A stretch of DNA of 64,000 bases, from NCBI GenBank assembly GCA_002633005.1, contig NMRA01000274.1, positions 507,375-571,374 on the forward strand, read 5' to 3'. Shown piece by piece: positions 45,423 to 59,525 of the stretch. The DNA comes from Phoronis australis. Its lineage: Eukaryota > Animalia > Phoronida. Every line of letters starts with the position of its first letter. Position 1 is the stretch's first letter. The notes beneath the pieces were generated by a model. The model was not told the DNA's origin. It did not search any database and worked only from the letters and a program-made list of their open reading frames with translations. The position numbers and the translations under genes were made by a program.

Positions 45423-45923
45423 CATGTGGAGAGTTTTTTGCGTACACTGGTCACTGCTCAGCTTCCCGTAGCCCCAGACAATATTTATGATTCCTATTCA
45501 GCACCCCTTTTACATTGATGCAGATCTGTCAGCTAACGAAGTGGAAAGCTAATAGCTAGCAGTACTGCCTCAACATTGGGGGTTGTTATTACACCAAAAT
45601 TGGTTTTCTCTGACATTTGCACATAGATAGGCCTACAACCTGCAACTGTGGAGAGTAGTTTTAACTGGTATATTTCAAGTATTACAAAAAAAAATAAAAA
45701 ATTAATTTGTGTTTATCTCAGACAAAGGGCCACTTCCCAAAGGAACGATGGTTTTAAACATGTTTCATACTGGCTTTCGTTATTTCATTTGTCTACTTGT
45801 TTTTTCTTACCGGAACGGGTTGATTTTTTTATTTTATTTTTAAACTTGAAGTACCAAAACAGTGGTAGATTATGATCGCCAGCGAAACTTAATTAGTTAA
45901 GTTAATTGTGAACCCATCCCTGA
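45423..45923 (+). repeat. ~500-bp interspersed repeat, inverted diverged copy at 59526-60016
   Basis: For example TTGAAGTACCAAAACAGTGGTAGAT vs ATCTACCACTGTTTTGGTACTTCAA, and GTGAACCCATCCCTGA vs TCAGGGATGGGTTCAC. Confidence 0.8.
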
Positions 45924-47038
45924 ACTTTCCAGATTACATTTACACTAAACATTTCAGAGCAAACAAAGCTATACGTGTGATTAGTTCAAATTTAATCTTT
46001 CTTAGAACTCAGCTCATAAAATATATACATAAGTGCAAATATGATGACTGCCAAACTGAAGATTTGGAATCTCTGGACTACATGACTACTCTAGCTTTTT
46101 GTCGAAAGTCATAATAATTAAGGGTGTTTCCTAGTCAAAAATCTGGTTAAAAGAGATTAAAATAATATAAATTACATTAAACCATGTGATAGTGTTAACT
46201 CTGATCAGCATATCAAAAGGTCATCTCTTGGTCACATCATGTGATCACACAATTGTCACAAATTGGTCAGGAGTAGATTAATAAGAGGGAAGAAGTGAAA
46301 ATTAACGTCTTGATTTGTTTGTCGGCTCCTATTTCCTTGACACTATTAGTGATTGGGCATGGCTGTGAAATCGCATTTTGACCACCAAACAAAGTTTTGT
46401 GGTTTGCGCAGGAAATTTTATGGTGTGCTGGCTACTGGAGGCTGAGTCTATCTGGATGGAAATAAATAAATATTCCCAAAACAAGATTGAAATTCTTATT
46501 GGCGAGATTTTGCATACCTGATTGGTTTAAAAAATATTTTCAATAATGAAAACCTTCATGTACTAATTGGCTGATTAATTGTCATTATAGTCAACTGATA
46601 AAATGTAATGTCATTTAGTTTCGGGTGTGATAGTAACATAAAAAGGACATGAACCAGAGGTTATGTAAATGGCTTATTGAACTATCAGGGAAGTAATTTC
46701 AATGACTCAAGGAGTTGTTAGGACAAAGTTGGGGATCTCTCACAGTTGCTGGGAAGAAATTAGTAAGGAATTCATCGAAAATTATATATCTTTACATGTA
46801 ATTGAACCCTTGGTGCAGTTTGATACAATTAAATTTTTCAGGGAATATTCACTAGGATGCTGTGACATTTACAAAAAATGTGATGAATTAATTACTCCTG
46901 CTGTCAATCCAGAATTTGCACTGGGATTTTTGATAGATAAAAACTGAGCAAACATCTATTGTGTAGGTGGGAAATATACTGTGGACGGCTCATTACTTTG
47001 GATGCAGTGTAGGAAAGTAGAAATTAGTGATACTGATA

Positions 47039-48470
47039 CCAGGTTGTTCCGTAGATAAGCCCACCCTATGAAACGCCCGTGTGCGTTTATTCGGAAAATT
47101 GCTCGGCGGAATAAACGCTCATGGGCGTTTATTTGGTGTTGCAACTTCTCGAGTCAAGTATCCAGATAGTTTATTCGGAAAATTTTCTCTTAGAACCCAC
47201 TAACACTTAGCGTCAACGTTTTGTCACAAATTCAGTTTTGTGGATTATTTATCATTTATAAAAAACGAACAGTGTTGCCGAACCACGCATTATTAACATA
47301 AAATTTTAAAAACAGTTTCAAGTAAAAAGTCAGTCAGGAAACCTCATTATCTACTTGTATTCAGTCCATGCCAATGTTTTCATCCAGCTCCTCCGAATTT
47401 CTTTCCACCTCCGAGCCGCTGAAGGGATCCGGCGACTTGCCGTCCATCTATTAATTGGATACCCACGTTGTACCCCATGTGTTCGCGAATCAGGGCGTCG
47501 AGGAATACGGTAGAGACCATTTGCCCATCAGCAGCAATGCCGCGACTTTCAAACGCTCTGACAATGATGTCTTGCGGGATTCACATGGCTGAAGATACAA
47601 ATTCCAGCTTCCAAGAGTTTCTCGTAGGATGGTGGGCGGCGATAACCTCTCGGCCGGCATATTCTTTCTCGCCGTTTTCAAGCCAACACTGATACTGCTC
47701 TCGCAACCCAGCTTTGAAAGGGTTCGTTAACAGAAATATAAAGTGGCTGAAGTAAATAGGTCATTCTGGTTGGAATTATCTTCACGCCAATATTCTATTT
47801 TTGAAACTGCGGATAGGCCTACAGCTTCTTTACAGTGGCTCCGGTGTGCGTCCATGACCAAAACGGATTTATCAGTGTTGAAATAAGGACCTCGCCTCAT
47901 CATTACTGCCTATGTATTGCATCATATACGTACTCGGTCGTTCATAGATCCCCTACCTGGACTTCAGTGTTGTTGGGTACACGCTTGATCGGTACTTCAT
48001 GAAAGTAGTCAATGACGGAGTTACGGTTGGGGACATACCAAGAGAACTGGCTCGAATTTGTTGTTTTTTTCACAATACGATGTGGGAGTATTCAAGTCGA
48101 AGTTCATAGATTTTCTGCTGAGCGACCTTGGGTGCCATCATCTTTGCCGCAAGGAGGTCTAGATGTGTCATGCACATTAATTTTCTTGTCCCGCTGGGCA
48201 GATATTGCAACAATTGATAAGCTGCTAGACAATTAACGTGGTTAACAGTTATCAACGTATTCTTAACAGTCCTTTTAAGGACTTCCAATCCATCCAGCAT
48301 GGCTGTTTTACTTATAAAAATACATATCGCGCTTCATGCTGGTATTTACGTACTATCCAACATAATGACCTTCCGTTTACACGCCCGGGCGTTTATTGGT
48401 GTCACTAAAATGCCTAAAAATTTTCATTTTCCGAATACACGCCCAGGGGCTTATCTACGGAAAACCGCGG
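47039..48470 (-). mobile_element. pogo/Tigger-family DNA transposon deletion derivative
   Basis: TA-flanked TIRs CC..GTT.TTCCGTAGATAAGCCC / GGGCTTATCTACGGAAAACCGCGG; DDE_1 C-terminal relic VNEPF..GLREQYQCW...IPQDIIVRAFESRGI at ~47530-47735. Confidence 0.8.
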
Positions 48471-48589
48471 TACATATGGTATGTGTTACCGTACACAACT
48501 TTGAAACACATTTTTAAGCGCCCGCACATTTATATGTGGGTGCATATTGCTGTCATCTCTGTGTGGGCGTCCGCAGGTGTATCGCCTAA

Positions 48590-49240
48590 ACCCCTCACAT
48601 GATCTTGATGAGATTTGGCAGATGTGTTTTTGTGAAGCTGACGACTGATGAATTTGACGAATTTCTGACAAATCCGACTACCGGTGTACCCCATCATAGT
48701 GTCAATTTTAGTTCTTTACGTTCACCTCTGTACCATAATTAAAAGGTCCTCAACGAATTTTCATGAAAGTTGGCAAACAGGCATCAATTAGTGAGTTGTT
48801 GCTATCTTGGATGGATTCGAGGTATTTCACACTACCTAGTGGACATTTTTACTGTTTTCGAGTTTTGCATTAACCGCTCTATTAACCAAATCATATATGT
48901 TTTTAGTTTGGAGAGGACGGTTGACGATGATCCAACGACTTCAGCTATTGTGGCTCCTCTTAGTGGCAGTTTTGTTTTTTGTCCTCATAGCTGTCCTAAA
49001 TCCACTGCAAGATTTTATTAGGGCATGTGTATTTACATGAAGTTGACTACAAACGATGACGACTTTCAGACTGACCTGATGAGCGCTGTGCCCCCTAGTG
49101 GCAATTTCATTTTTTCGTTTTCTCATTCTTTGAAGTTACTTGACGGATTTTCATGAAAGTTCAATTAAGGAAACATTGGTATGTTCCCGTTTTGGATGGA
49201 TTCGGCGTGTTGTGCGCCATTTAGTGGCCATTTTTATGAT
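48590..49240. repeat. Second degenerate array of the CCCCTAGTGG-core repeat
   Basis: Cores at ~48830, 48952, 49089 and 49214 with TTTCATGAAA motifs. Confidence 0.55.
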
Positions 49241-50265
49241 ACAAATAAAGACCCCTCGAAGCACACTATCTGCGGTTGATTCAGTCGTGGGCGCATTGCA
49301 ACGCTCCGCCTTGCTCTTGTTACGATTGTTGAGTAACTAAACACTGGACTCTGGAAAATGACAATATTCACTGTCATTACAAAGAGGCAATGTTATTTGA
49401 AACACATATTGCATAGTTACAGCACCTGGACAATAAAAAACGAGACAACTGAATTGAAAAGCGTGATTTCAGGATAAAAAAGCGGAATCTCTTAGTGTAG
49501 GTCAAAACGCGAGGCCAAAATCTCCCGCAACAGCGGGTTTTTTGTGGAACTTGAAAACCACAAAAAATCGTGAAACATTCTATTTTTGCTTTCAAGTCGA
49601 AGGAGAAAATACATATTGCGTGTAAAGTTATAATAGTACATGGTAATAAGTCAATTTTGTTGTGTGTCAAAATAGTCTAAGAAGCCGTACATTTGATGGT
49701 GTGACAGGGTGGTGAGCAAAATTTGAAAAGGTGACTGAGACAGTCCGCCAAAAGCAAGACAATTGACAAGTACAAAAGTACGCTGTAGGTAACACAAAGT
49801 ATTGCATTGGATACCTTTACAAGGTAAATTTTTCATTTCTTAAGTTTCATTTCAGAGGTACAGGTGAATAATACAGATTTGTTCAGAAATCGAGTTTACA
49901 AAGTTATCTTGGCATCAGGTAAACATTGCACAAAGGAATACTTATAGAAACAATTGAAAACCAGTCTAACAATATGAACATACTTATCATATGACTTTTT
50001 AAAACCGCTCTGAGGTGGTGGCGTGTTACAACTATTACTAAAATCTCTTGGTATATTGATATCGACCTCTTGTCTATTTACGTTGTCACGAAGTTTCCGT
50101 CGGTCTATTCTCCGGCCATTGTCAGGTGCTTATCATATTCACGCACTTAGCTACGCAAATTCATGCACGAGCAGTTTTACGAAAGTTGCGAAAACAGGCC
50201 TTCTAGCAGGGCCTAAACTTTTCATTTATAATTACAGCACAATTCAGAAACCAAATGTCACTGAT

Positions 50266-53200
50266 TTCCGTAAAATGCTTCACATGCGGCAAGCTTGCGG
50301 CAAACAATTTTGATTGCAGCAAACTAGCCGCAACGTTTGCAGGAGTTTGCCGCTACCCGCAACTCAGCCGCACACATTGCCGCAACCTTGCTGCAAACTC
50401 TGAAGTTTGCAGGAAAGTTGCGGTAAACTTGGTGATTCAAAAAGTGTTTGCAGGAAAGTTGCAGGAAACTAAATAGTGTTCTCAGGAAACATGTGAAAAA
50501 GTGCTTGCACGAAATTTGCAGTAAACTTCAATGTTTAAAGTGTTAGCATTAACATTGTGACAATGTTAGAAATTGTGAGATGTTTTTTTATTTTCTAAAT
50601 TTCAAAGAAACCTCAAATCCCAAACCCTAAGCAGGGCAGTTACCTATGTTAGATAACTTACCTAAATGTGACCTACTGTTAGGTAAGTTGCATTGTTAAA
50701 AATAGCAAATGCTCAAAGACACCTAAATGTGACCCAAAACACTAGAGAATATAATTGCATCTGCATGTATTTTGTTTTTTATACAGTCACCACACTTAAC
50801 AAATTTTCAACTTTCATACTGCTGTCAGTACAGCAAAATATTAAATGCAATTGCTTTAAAACAACAAAGGCAGTGTTACCTGCATGTTACATAATAAATA
50901 TCAATACAAACCATACACAAATATATGATCCAATTTTACCAAATGTGCAAACATTAGCATTTAGAGCAATTTGTACTTTTCCAACATTTGGAATTATCCC
51001 AAAATCAGGTGGTAGCAGCTACTGTAGCTACAGTAAAATTTTGTCTATTTCGGACAAAAATAATTGCCAATAATAATTGTCGCTTTTCTAACTGATTCAG
51101 CCAAATTGGAGGTTAATTGTTAGGGAAAAGTACAGCACAGATTTCAAATGAGTTGGGGTTGAGACCAGAACCAACATTGTTTCCAAATCCTTGTCAAGTT
51201 ACATGAAACCAGACTTTCTAATTAACTATTTAAGTGAGACTAATACTTAATTTTGTGTCAATTTTCACATCACTGGCTGACTGTTTGATTCTCAGTAGGG
51301 AACACCAAACTTTATTTTGGTTTAATGCGTGTTAACTATTGGGCACAAAATAAGATTTGCATAATTGTATATTAACTACCAGTAGATGTTTTAACTGCCA
51401 TCACCTTCAGTCGTCGCCAGTTCTCAGTCTGTGCAGTTATACTGGTTAATTGAACACAAGTTCATCTGCCTGTTCATACATGAGCAAGAGCAAATTTCGG
51501 CTAAATACGTAATTGAAATTCTAATATTGCTATCACAAATGCCTTTTTGTGGAAAGTGAAATAGCATTCATATTTTAGGTTTATGAATATTGAGCGACAT
51601 AATTCACTTGATTATTAATTACTTGATGAAAGCCAGGCACACTGCAGAGGTTATGAGGCAACAAGTTTGAGTTGAAAACACCGGAACAAATGGCGTACAC
51701 ATCATCTCAAGGTTGGTTAGAACGAACAAGGAAGAGAACTGGAGCGATCATCCCATGATCCCTATGGAACACCACTGATTGCTGTAATGCAGATTATTCT
51801 GCAGTATGTGCTTAGAACGTCTATTAGTATGACTATAACTGGATATTTACCTCTGTAGCTGTTCTTTTCAACACCATGGTAATATTGTAGAATGGAAAGG
51901 TGTAATTTATGTTTGATGCCTTTTAGATAAATGAATGTTGCTGGTGGATGATATCCCTATAGTCGAAATATTGCAAATTTCAACATACAAGTTCAACAAT
52001 AACCCATTCCGTAGACTGATGTTTCATGAAACCATATTGGGAAGCAAAAATAGTAATCAATGAAGTATTGGACAGTTTTCAAGTATTTTAGATGAAATAT
52101 AGATATGTTTATAATTGTTAAGAGTGATTTTTTCAGTTGATAAGTACTGAGGTAATTTAAAATAAACTACTTAAATGTGCTCGACATGCTGTTCTACGTA
52201 TGCCTTTCCACGGAGGGAGAGTCTGATTTCATGGTTTTCTCCACTGGCATTCGACATATTTTGCGCCATTTTCAGTGCTAATAAACACCCCGTTGGCGGG
52301 ACGGCCGTGGGTGCATTTCAGCGCTCTGCGTTGCTGTCATTAGTTTAGTCAGGTAAATAATATCATTGTTACAATTACCATAGACTTTGTCGCGCGTTAA
52401 GAATAAAACATCTTGGTATATTGTAATTAAGGCTTGCGTACTTTCAAGTTGTTCTCTTTAGACACAATTTTGATTGTAATACAAGTGTTATTACTAATTG
52501 CCAGTGTAGACACTTTTATAGTTTCTGTTATTCATTGTCGTGTGATTTTGGTTTCATTTCTAGTCATTATACATAAGACTGAATACTATCATGTTAAATC
52601 CAGTATGCAGCTGATTATGTATTTTCTTAGGGGGCATGCAATAAAAATTATTTGCCAAGGACATTTCTGCATTAAACTATTCATGCCACAATTCAAGTAT
52701 GTTGTAGTCTTGCATCTCAGTCTATCTGAGCTTGCAGCAATCTTTTTTCATGTGGTTCGCAGAAACTTCTATATAACCCCATGAAGATGTTTGCGGCAAG
52801 CTTGCAGCAATGTGTGCAACTGGGTTGCAGGAACTGATCCATATAGGACATAGAGATGTTTGCAGCAAGCTTGCGGCAAACTTCATTTGCCATGGTAAAA
52901 GTTTGCTGCATGTTTGCGGCAAGCATGCAGCAAGCTTGCGGCAATGTTTGCGGCTGGATTGCAGGAAATTTGCATCAAACAGCTTATTATTTAAAATGAC
53001 TTATTCTTATTAAAATGACATAGGCAAAAAATTGAATTTTGGACCTCAAAAGCGGGGCCCTCTATATTAATATAGGGCGCCCCGCCGAAAGGAGGCCAGA
53101 GAGCAAAAAATTTTGAAGCAATTGGGCATCACAAACAGCATGCTTCTTGTGACATCTATTTGTATCATAAAAATGGCCACCAGATGGCGCAAAACATGTC

Positions 53201-53314
53201 AACTCCATCCGAAAACAGAAACATCGTTTCTTTAATAGAAAGTATTTACCAATTTCCATAAAAATCTGTCAAGCTTGCGGCAAGTGTTTGCAGGAAGGTC
53301 TTTTTTGGTATGGG
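50266..53314. mobile_element. Non-autonomous element with GCAAGCTTGCGGCAA subterminal repeats (CMC/EnSpm-like)
   Basis: Dense repeat clusters at 50285-50525 and 52730-52980, plus a final copy at 53270 ending in TATGGG; the left end is degenerate. Confidence 0.5.
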
Positions 53315-56300
53315 AGATTACCCTATCCGTGCTAATCTTTTCCAAGTCAGAGAGTCACATCCGGTGTCCTCAAATTTAAAGCCGTCCATTTGTCGCAGCA
53401 GCCGTGAAATAAAATATCCCCGTGCCACAGATGTCCCTGTTTGAGTATGAATCGTTTTAGATCCAAGAATCACGATTGTTAGTGATTTGAACTGAGCCCA
53501 TTTCCATACAATGCAATCAATGTTTTAAGACCTATTCAATTTTTGCACATCCGTTACATGGACGGCGCAGCACTGAAAAAATGTGGGGGTATACTCCGCC
53601 CCAGTCCCCTATGGTGCTCCGCCTATGCATGCTTTAAATGGTTACTAAATGGACACAAATACAACATTTTATGCATGTTGGTTCTGCCTCATTATCAGAC
53701 AGTCAAAGTAATAAACTGTCGGAGTTGGAAACTGGTTTCGCCGGGAAATAGTGATTCGGAGTAGTGGACCTTCGGAGCAGTGAACCTTCGGAGTTGTAGT
53801 GAACCGAGTCCGTAGTAACCTTGTAAATCCCATAGTTAGCTGTATTAGGTCTAAACCTACCCGACATTTTCCAAATAATGTGAATGTGCTCGTCGGTGGG
53901 ATTTTTTCAAGAAAACACGGTAGTAAAATGTCTTGAGTGCTTTTTGAGCGACGACACAGGACTGCCTATTGCAGTTACGTGTACTGAATCCAAAAAATGA
54001 AAAAGGCACACAAAAATGCGTATTATCCACCAAACCACAACCAAATCGCATCATGGTGCTTAGGATGAACAAAATATTCGACGATCACGTTCAATTCGAA
54101 ATTCAAAAAAGACTGCCCTTCACTATGCAGGTCACTATAACATAACAGATAACAAACTTATTTGTTCTGCTATTTGTTGATTGGTCGATTTTAGGCATTC
54201 AAATACTACTTTTTATGAGGTTTAGCGTTTATGTAAGTATAGACAGTGACTTCTAGGTCCATGTTACCCTATCAAGTAGAGCCAACACGCACTTTCAACG
54301 TACGTGGTGTAATAACATGAAGTGTCCACTAATCGTCTGCACGGTCCTGTCATCCACGCAAACACATCTGGCCTCTTGGCAAAGTTGCCACGTACGGCCC
54401 GAAGTTATTACGAGACTATAGTACCAACTTGATTTTTTATTGTAGTTAGTAATACCATTAATAAGTGCAACAATTTTGTTGTCCTTATTCATGTACATAT
54501 ATCCTAACCGTAATGGATATGCTGGGGCTGGACCTTTTTCGCCGGGGGTTCGATCGAAGCCCCCGAACCCCCCCCCCCCTCCCCTGGCTACGGGGTCTGT
54601 TTGTTTTATTTTTCTGCATTTATTCTTCTATACTGCTCTGTAAATACTTCTCTATATATGTATTTTTATCAACAACCAGCACCTGTGCTCGTGTTTTTCT
54701 TTTGTTGCATCCACCCACACTGATCTAAAATAAATGTTTTACGTCAGCACAAGAGGTCCCCCCGAGGAGTTTGGAACTGTGCTTTGGTAGTGACGTCTAT
54801 TGTTGATCAGTGAAGACTTGCGTCGACCTTCACCTTGGCAGGTGTCCTCAGTTGATAAACATGAAATTTGTTGGCGGTCTTTGTTATGTTCCTATAAAAT
54901 GTGGATAGGAATTTTAATTTCATACGTATCTTTCTTGTTACTTTCGCTGTTTATTACAGTCTTCGCATGGGTCTTTGTTTCACGTTTGAAGTTGGTAAGT
55001 ACTGCTTTATTTACGTATAATTCTAATCCTCGAGTCACGTTCACGGAAGGTAATAAACAGGGCCCACTACTTTGGAAGGGGAGAGTCGATTTCATTCAAA
55101 CGAGAAGTCTCGGTTTTTGGTAAGGTCCACCAGCATTGATCAGTGTTGATGACTGCGGCAGAGAGCGACAATGTGAATATGTGTGTGTGTTTGGGTGTGC
55201 GTCTGTGTATTTCATGTTCTCAAGTTTGGCAACTTAGTTTTTTTGACAGAATATTTTTTGGCTTTTCAGAGCACATTACAAGTGAAAGCAAAAGACGTTC
55301 TACACATCATAAAGGCATCCAAGGTTTGTATATGTTATAATGGCATGATTTTGTCCGTCACTCAATACTCAGCCTGCCTGTACATTTGCTCAGGTTGTTA
55401 TGGATCCTGTCCTTATATGCTAAAGCCACATGTGGTCACTATCTTTTCAGTCCTATTTTTATGTGAAATACATGATTGTAGAGCTGTTTTGGTATCAGGA
55501 TGACCAGCGTCACAGTTACATAATTTAAAAAATCATGACCGTTCGTAATTAATATGTGGTTTAGTTGGAGATTCTTCTTTGCATTAGTTGATTTGAGTAT
55601 AGCTTTGCCCTACTCGTGTCATTACGTTTACAAGGAAAACACGCATTTTTAAAGATATGCAGGATTTTTCTCTGTTTGTCCTTCTGAGCGGCGTTTACCA
55701 GGATCAAAGAGAGCGCGGTGCCAGAGCTGAACACAGTTGTGATGACTGCATTGTGCTGTGTGAGCAATACCCAATTAAGTATCACCTGGTCATAAACTGC
55801 TGTAGTAAACATCTCTGCCTGTACATGTACTGGCGAATTTTCAAAATGCATGAACCAATAATTTTTGTTAAAAATAAACGTGGCGGTATATAGCTGAAAA
55901 AACCTAGCTAAGTATAGGTTTTGATTTTTAAAAATTGATGTACTAGTAAGCTAAAAACTACAAACATTGGTTGCAATTGAGGATAAACGACTGTGCATAT
56001 TGATATACTCGCAGGATGTACAAACGATGATCATAATTAACAATATCACATTGATTATTCTTTTAGTATACAACTAAGCTACATTATAAAAAATAGAAAC
56101 AATACACAGTGACCAAATGATGTCAATAGCTTTTAAACCATCGCTTATCGACCAGTGCATGTTGAACTATTTTATTCGAGGAAAACTGATATTCGCAAAA
56201 ATATGTCAATATTGATGATAATCGGTTGTTGACGGAACAAATGTATGTTTATGGCTAGCTTTAAAATAGATGAAGTTGGTCGATGGGCGAGAAGAGACTG

Positions 56301-57933
56301 TTTTGAGATTCCCGGACTGGGGGCGGAGTGGAATCGAGCGGTTTCACATGGAGAATGTTGAAAACCTGTTACCCCAGTTCCAGTCACTGAAGCACAATTA
56401 CTGCTATGTTAATGAATTAAATGCCTTGTGGTCATTAGTCAGCCTCGATTAACTAAAAGTGTTATAGGAGGCCTATTTACGTGGAATAGATCATCATCAG
56501 TTCTATAGCCGACCTGTAAGGTCTTCAGAAATCTGACTAGCTACTTTGGTGGCCTCGTATTTCTGCTGGTGTGTTTATTTACACATAACATGTCATCTTT
56601 TGTCACGTGAAACTTGCTCATTGGAATTCACTCGCATTTTTGTAAACTATACAATATACTCTGTAAATCAGTTTTAGATACATGTGCTCTCTAGTCATAT
56701 GTAAGATGTTTGGTGATTTCCATAAACATGGTCATGGGTGAACAAATTCAGTTGCAATCATCACATACAGTTGTCATAATATTGGATGCATTGTATTTGG
56801 TGCTACTTTTTGTTCCCTTGTTTGTTGTTATTCACCAATGCTGTTTTTTCACATAACACAGTCTCACACAGGCTTTGCCAATTTCACATTTAAAATGTTC
56901 AAAGATTTTCAGTGATCAAACCCTTAAGTTATTAACATTTACTGCAATGTAGTTACTTACTTTTTCATAACTTTATTTTTGCAAAAGTGATTTTGTGCTG
57001 TAAGTACTTAACATTCAAAATCTGTTTCGGTATTTTAACTGGATACCTTTGGTAGGAAGGGTTACAATTCAAGTATCCTTGATCAATGTTGTCGTTTTTT
57101 TTGTGAAATGTGATTTTGTTTTGAAAAAGAAAACAGTCAGTTGACTACAAACAGTGTGCATAAGTTCCTGGCCTACGAGGATTTGCAAAATATAAGGTTT
57201 AGTGAATGAGGTGACCTTTGGTAGCCAATTCAGTATTTCTTCCATGGACATAAGCAATTACAGTCAGATAGAAACTTCCATAGTTTGTGAATGAGGTTAA
57301 AATTGAACTTTTGTACTTTATTTGTTACAAACAGTGAAGCTGAGGAAATGAAATGTTTTGCATGTAATTATGAATTCGTTTACCTATGCATATTAGAGTA
57401 TATTTGTATTAAAGTTGCTCAGATCTGTGTAATATTTAGTTATTTATTTACTCAAAAACTTACTGAAGACTTGTAACTGGGACTTCAGTGTGATCCCAGA
57501 TATGTTGAAGGTAATTTATAGATGTATTCAAAATACTTCGTAGGCCCTTTCATATTGACTTAACTCCGGTCTGAGCTGAGCGTGGACGTAAGCAGCGCAG
57601 TTAACTGGACCGTCATACTGGCTTCGGTAGTTAATGAACATCGAAGCAAATGGTTGGTGACGCTGTTGTCATCGAAGTTATCGCAAGGTAGCGCTGCACG
57701 CTAAGATTTTTTTCAATGAGTCAATTTGAGAACCTTTACATGTGCTAAATGACATTTAACTTATTTTTAAATTGATTAGTTGTTATTAGAGCAAAATATA
57801 ATCAGCTATTAGTGACGACACTACCCTGTAACTGTTGATGATAACTGTGGCACCTGATGATAACTTCGATTGCACCGAAGTTAAGCGTTCATACTGCACC
57901 GCAGCATCGACGCTGCGCTATTAAATCCACCTA

Positions 57934-58118
57934 TTAACTGTGATGTTAACTGGAGCTGTTAACTGCGATGTTAACTGGAGCTGTTAACTGCGATGTTAAC
58001 TGGAGCTGTTAACTGCGATGTTAACTGGAGCTGTTAACTGCGATGTTAACTGGAGCTGTTAACTGCGTTGTTAACTGGAGCTGTTAACTGCGATGTTAAG
58101 TGGAGCTGTTAATTGCGA
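57934..58118. repeat. 25-bp tandem repeat (TTAACTGCGATGTTAACTGGAGCTG, ~7 copies), probably inside a MITE spanning ~57541-58180
   Basis: Near-perfect periodicity, no spacers; GCGTTCATACTG and GACCGGA/TCCGGTC motifs flank it. Confidence 0.9.
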
Positions 58119-58431
58119 TCCAGGACCGGAATTAAGCGTTCATACTGACCACAACTCCCCAAACCATCGTATGGATGTTTAAAGCTTAAGGTAAAACTTT
58201 CGTAAATCGCATACAATGAGACTGAGAAAGTTCTTCCGAGTTGGGCAAAACACAACTTACTTGGAGAGCATCTTAAAGAATAAATGCTAACCGTTTCGCA
58301 TAATTGTGTCCCAGTTGAGTGAAGACTGAAGATTCAACTTGGGACAGTTCTACTGTACTGTGGTCTCATGTGTGTTGAAGATGAAATATTTATTTACATG
58401 AGAAATGTACTTGTTCTAGCAGTGATTTTAT

Positions 58432-59262
58432 AGGCGAAGGGAACCATTTTCATGTTTTTTTAGGAAAAATAAGGTTTGTTGGTAATCCCAGACATATTTT
58501 CCACTTAATTACAGCTTTTCGTAATTTAATTAATTATTCGTTCTCTACTCCGGAAGTAACGTTGTGAGAGGCAAGAATTTCGCGCCATTTTCTTTTGATA
58601 TAGTCTGACTATGAGAGCTGCCGAGTCAGTCCTTGTTCTATCTCGGTTGTGATAAGTTCGGTCGTCGTTTGCTTTTGTTTACGAGTCAGCCAACGTGCCA
58701 AACAGTTGCTTCGTACCGGGATGTACTCATTATCGTCTCATGGACAGAGGAACAACTGTCCCACCTGCCCGAGTGTCCCGCGACACACTCCCACTGGATA
58801 GTGACCCGAGCACACAAACTGCTTACACCCTGCCGTGTGACTCCCCCGCCACACACCTGGCACCTTTTAAATAGTTCCAACACTTTAGACAAGTTCACAA
58901 TTAACTTATCAAAGATTGGCTCTTCGATCTATTCATTGAGCGACGAACTATACTCTTCACTGGGCCTATATTGACTCCCAGTACTCAACATCGCAGCAGT
59001 GCTGCTTACAGGCTTTGGGCCATATTGAGTACATCCCCGTACGCAGCATTAGTGTGGCATGTTGACTGGCTCGTAAACAACAGCAAATGACGACTGATCA
59101 TATCACAACCGAGGTAGATGAAAAGAAATTGGCGCAAAATTCTTGCCTCACAAATTGTTAATTAAATTACGAAAAACTGTAATTAAGTGGAAAACATGTT
59201 TGGGATAACCAAGTAACCTTATTTTTTGCTAAAAGTGACATGAAAAAGGGTTGCCTTCGCCT
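58432..59262. mobile_element. Kolobok-like DNA transposon deletion derivative
   Basis: ~160-bp TIRs AGGCGAAGG...CCTTCGCCT followed by TTAA; THAP-like starts at both ends; relic LELFKRCQVCGG...WECVAGHSGRWDS. Confidence 0.7.
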
Positions 59263-59525
59263 TTAACACTAGCATTGAATATTGTCATCTGGAGTAGTTG
59301 TTTGCTTTTGGAAGTGATCAGTAGATGAATTGGATGGGCATCCCAGAATTTGCAAAAACGATTCTGCAAAAAAAATTATGTTTGTTTATCTCAATCTACT
59401 CTTTAACAAATCATTTTACCTCATCACAGTCTTGGCTAAAAATGTGTGAAGTGAATGTTTGTTTGTCTTGCTCAGTTTCAATCTCGTTTAACTAGATTTT
59501 TAACTAGGAAACAGTTGTAATTAGC

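Noticed and set aside
57934-58118. CRISPR-like array (also 17897-18032 and 2067-2381)
   Set aside because: Head-to-tail repeats without unique spacers, no cas genes, and a eukaryotic context.
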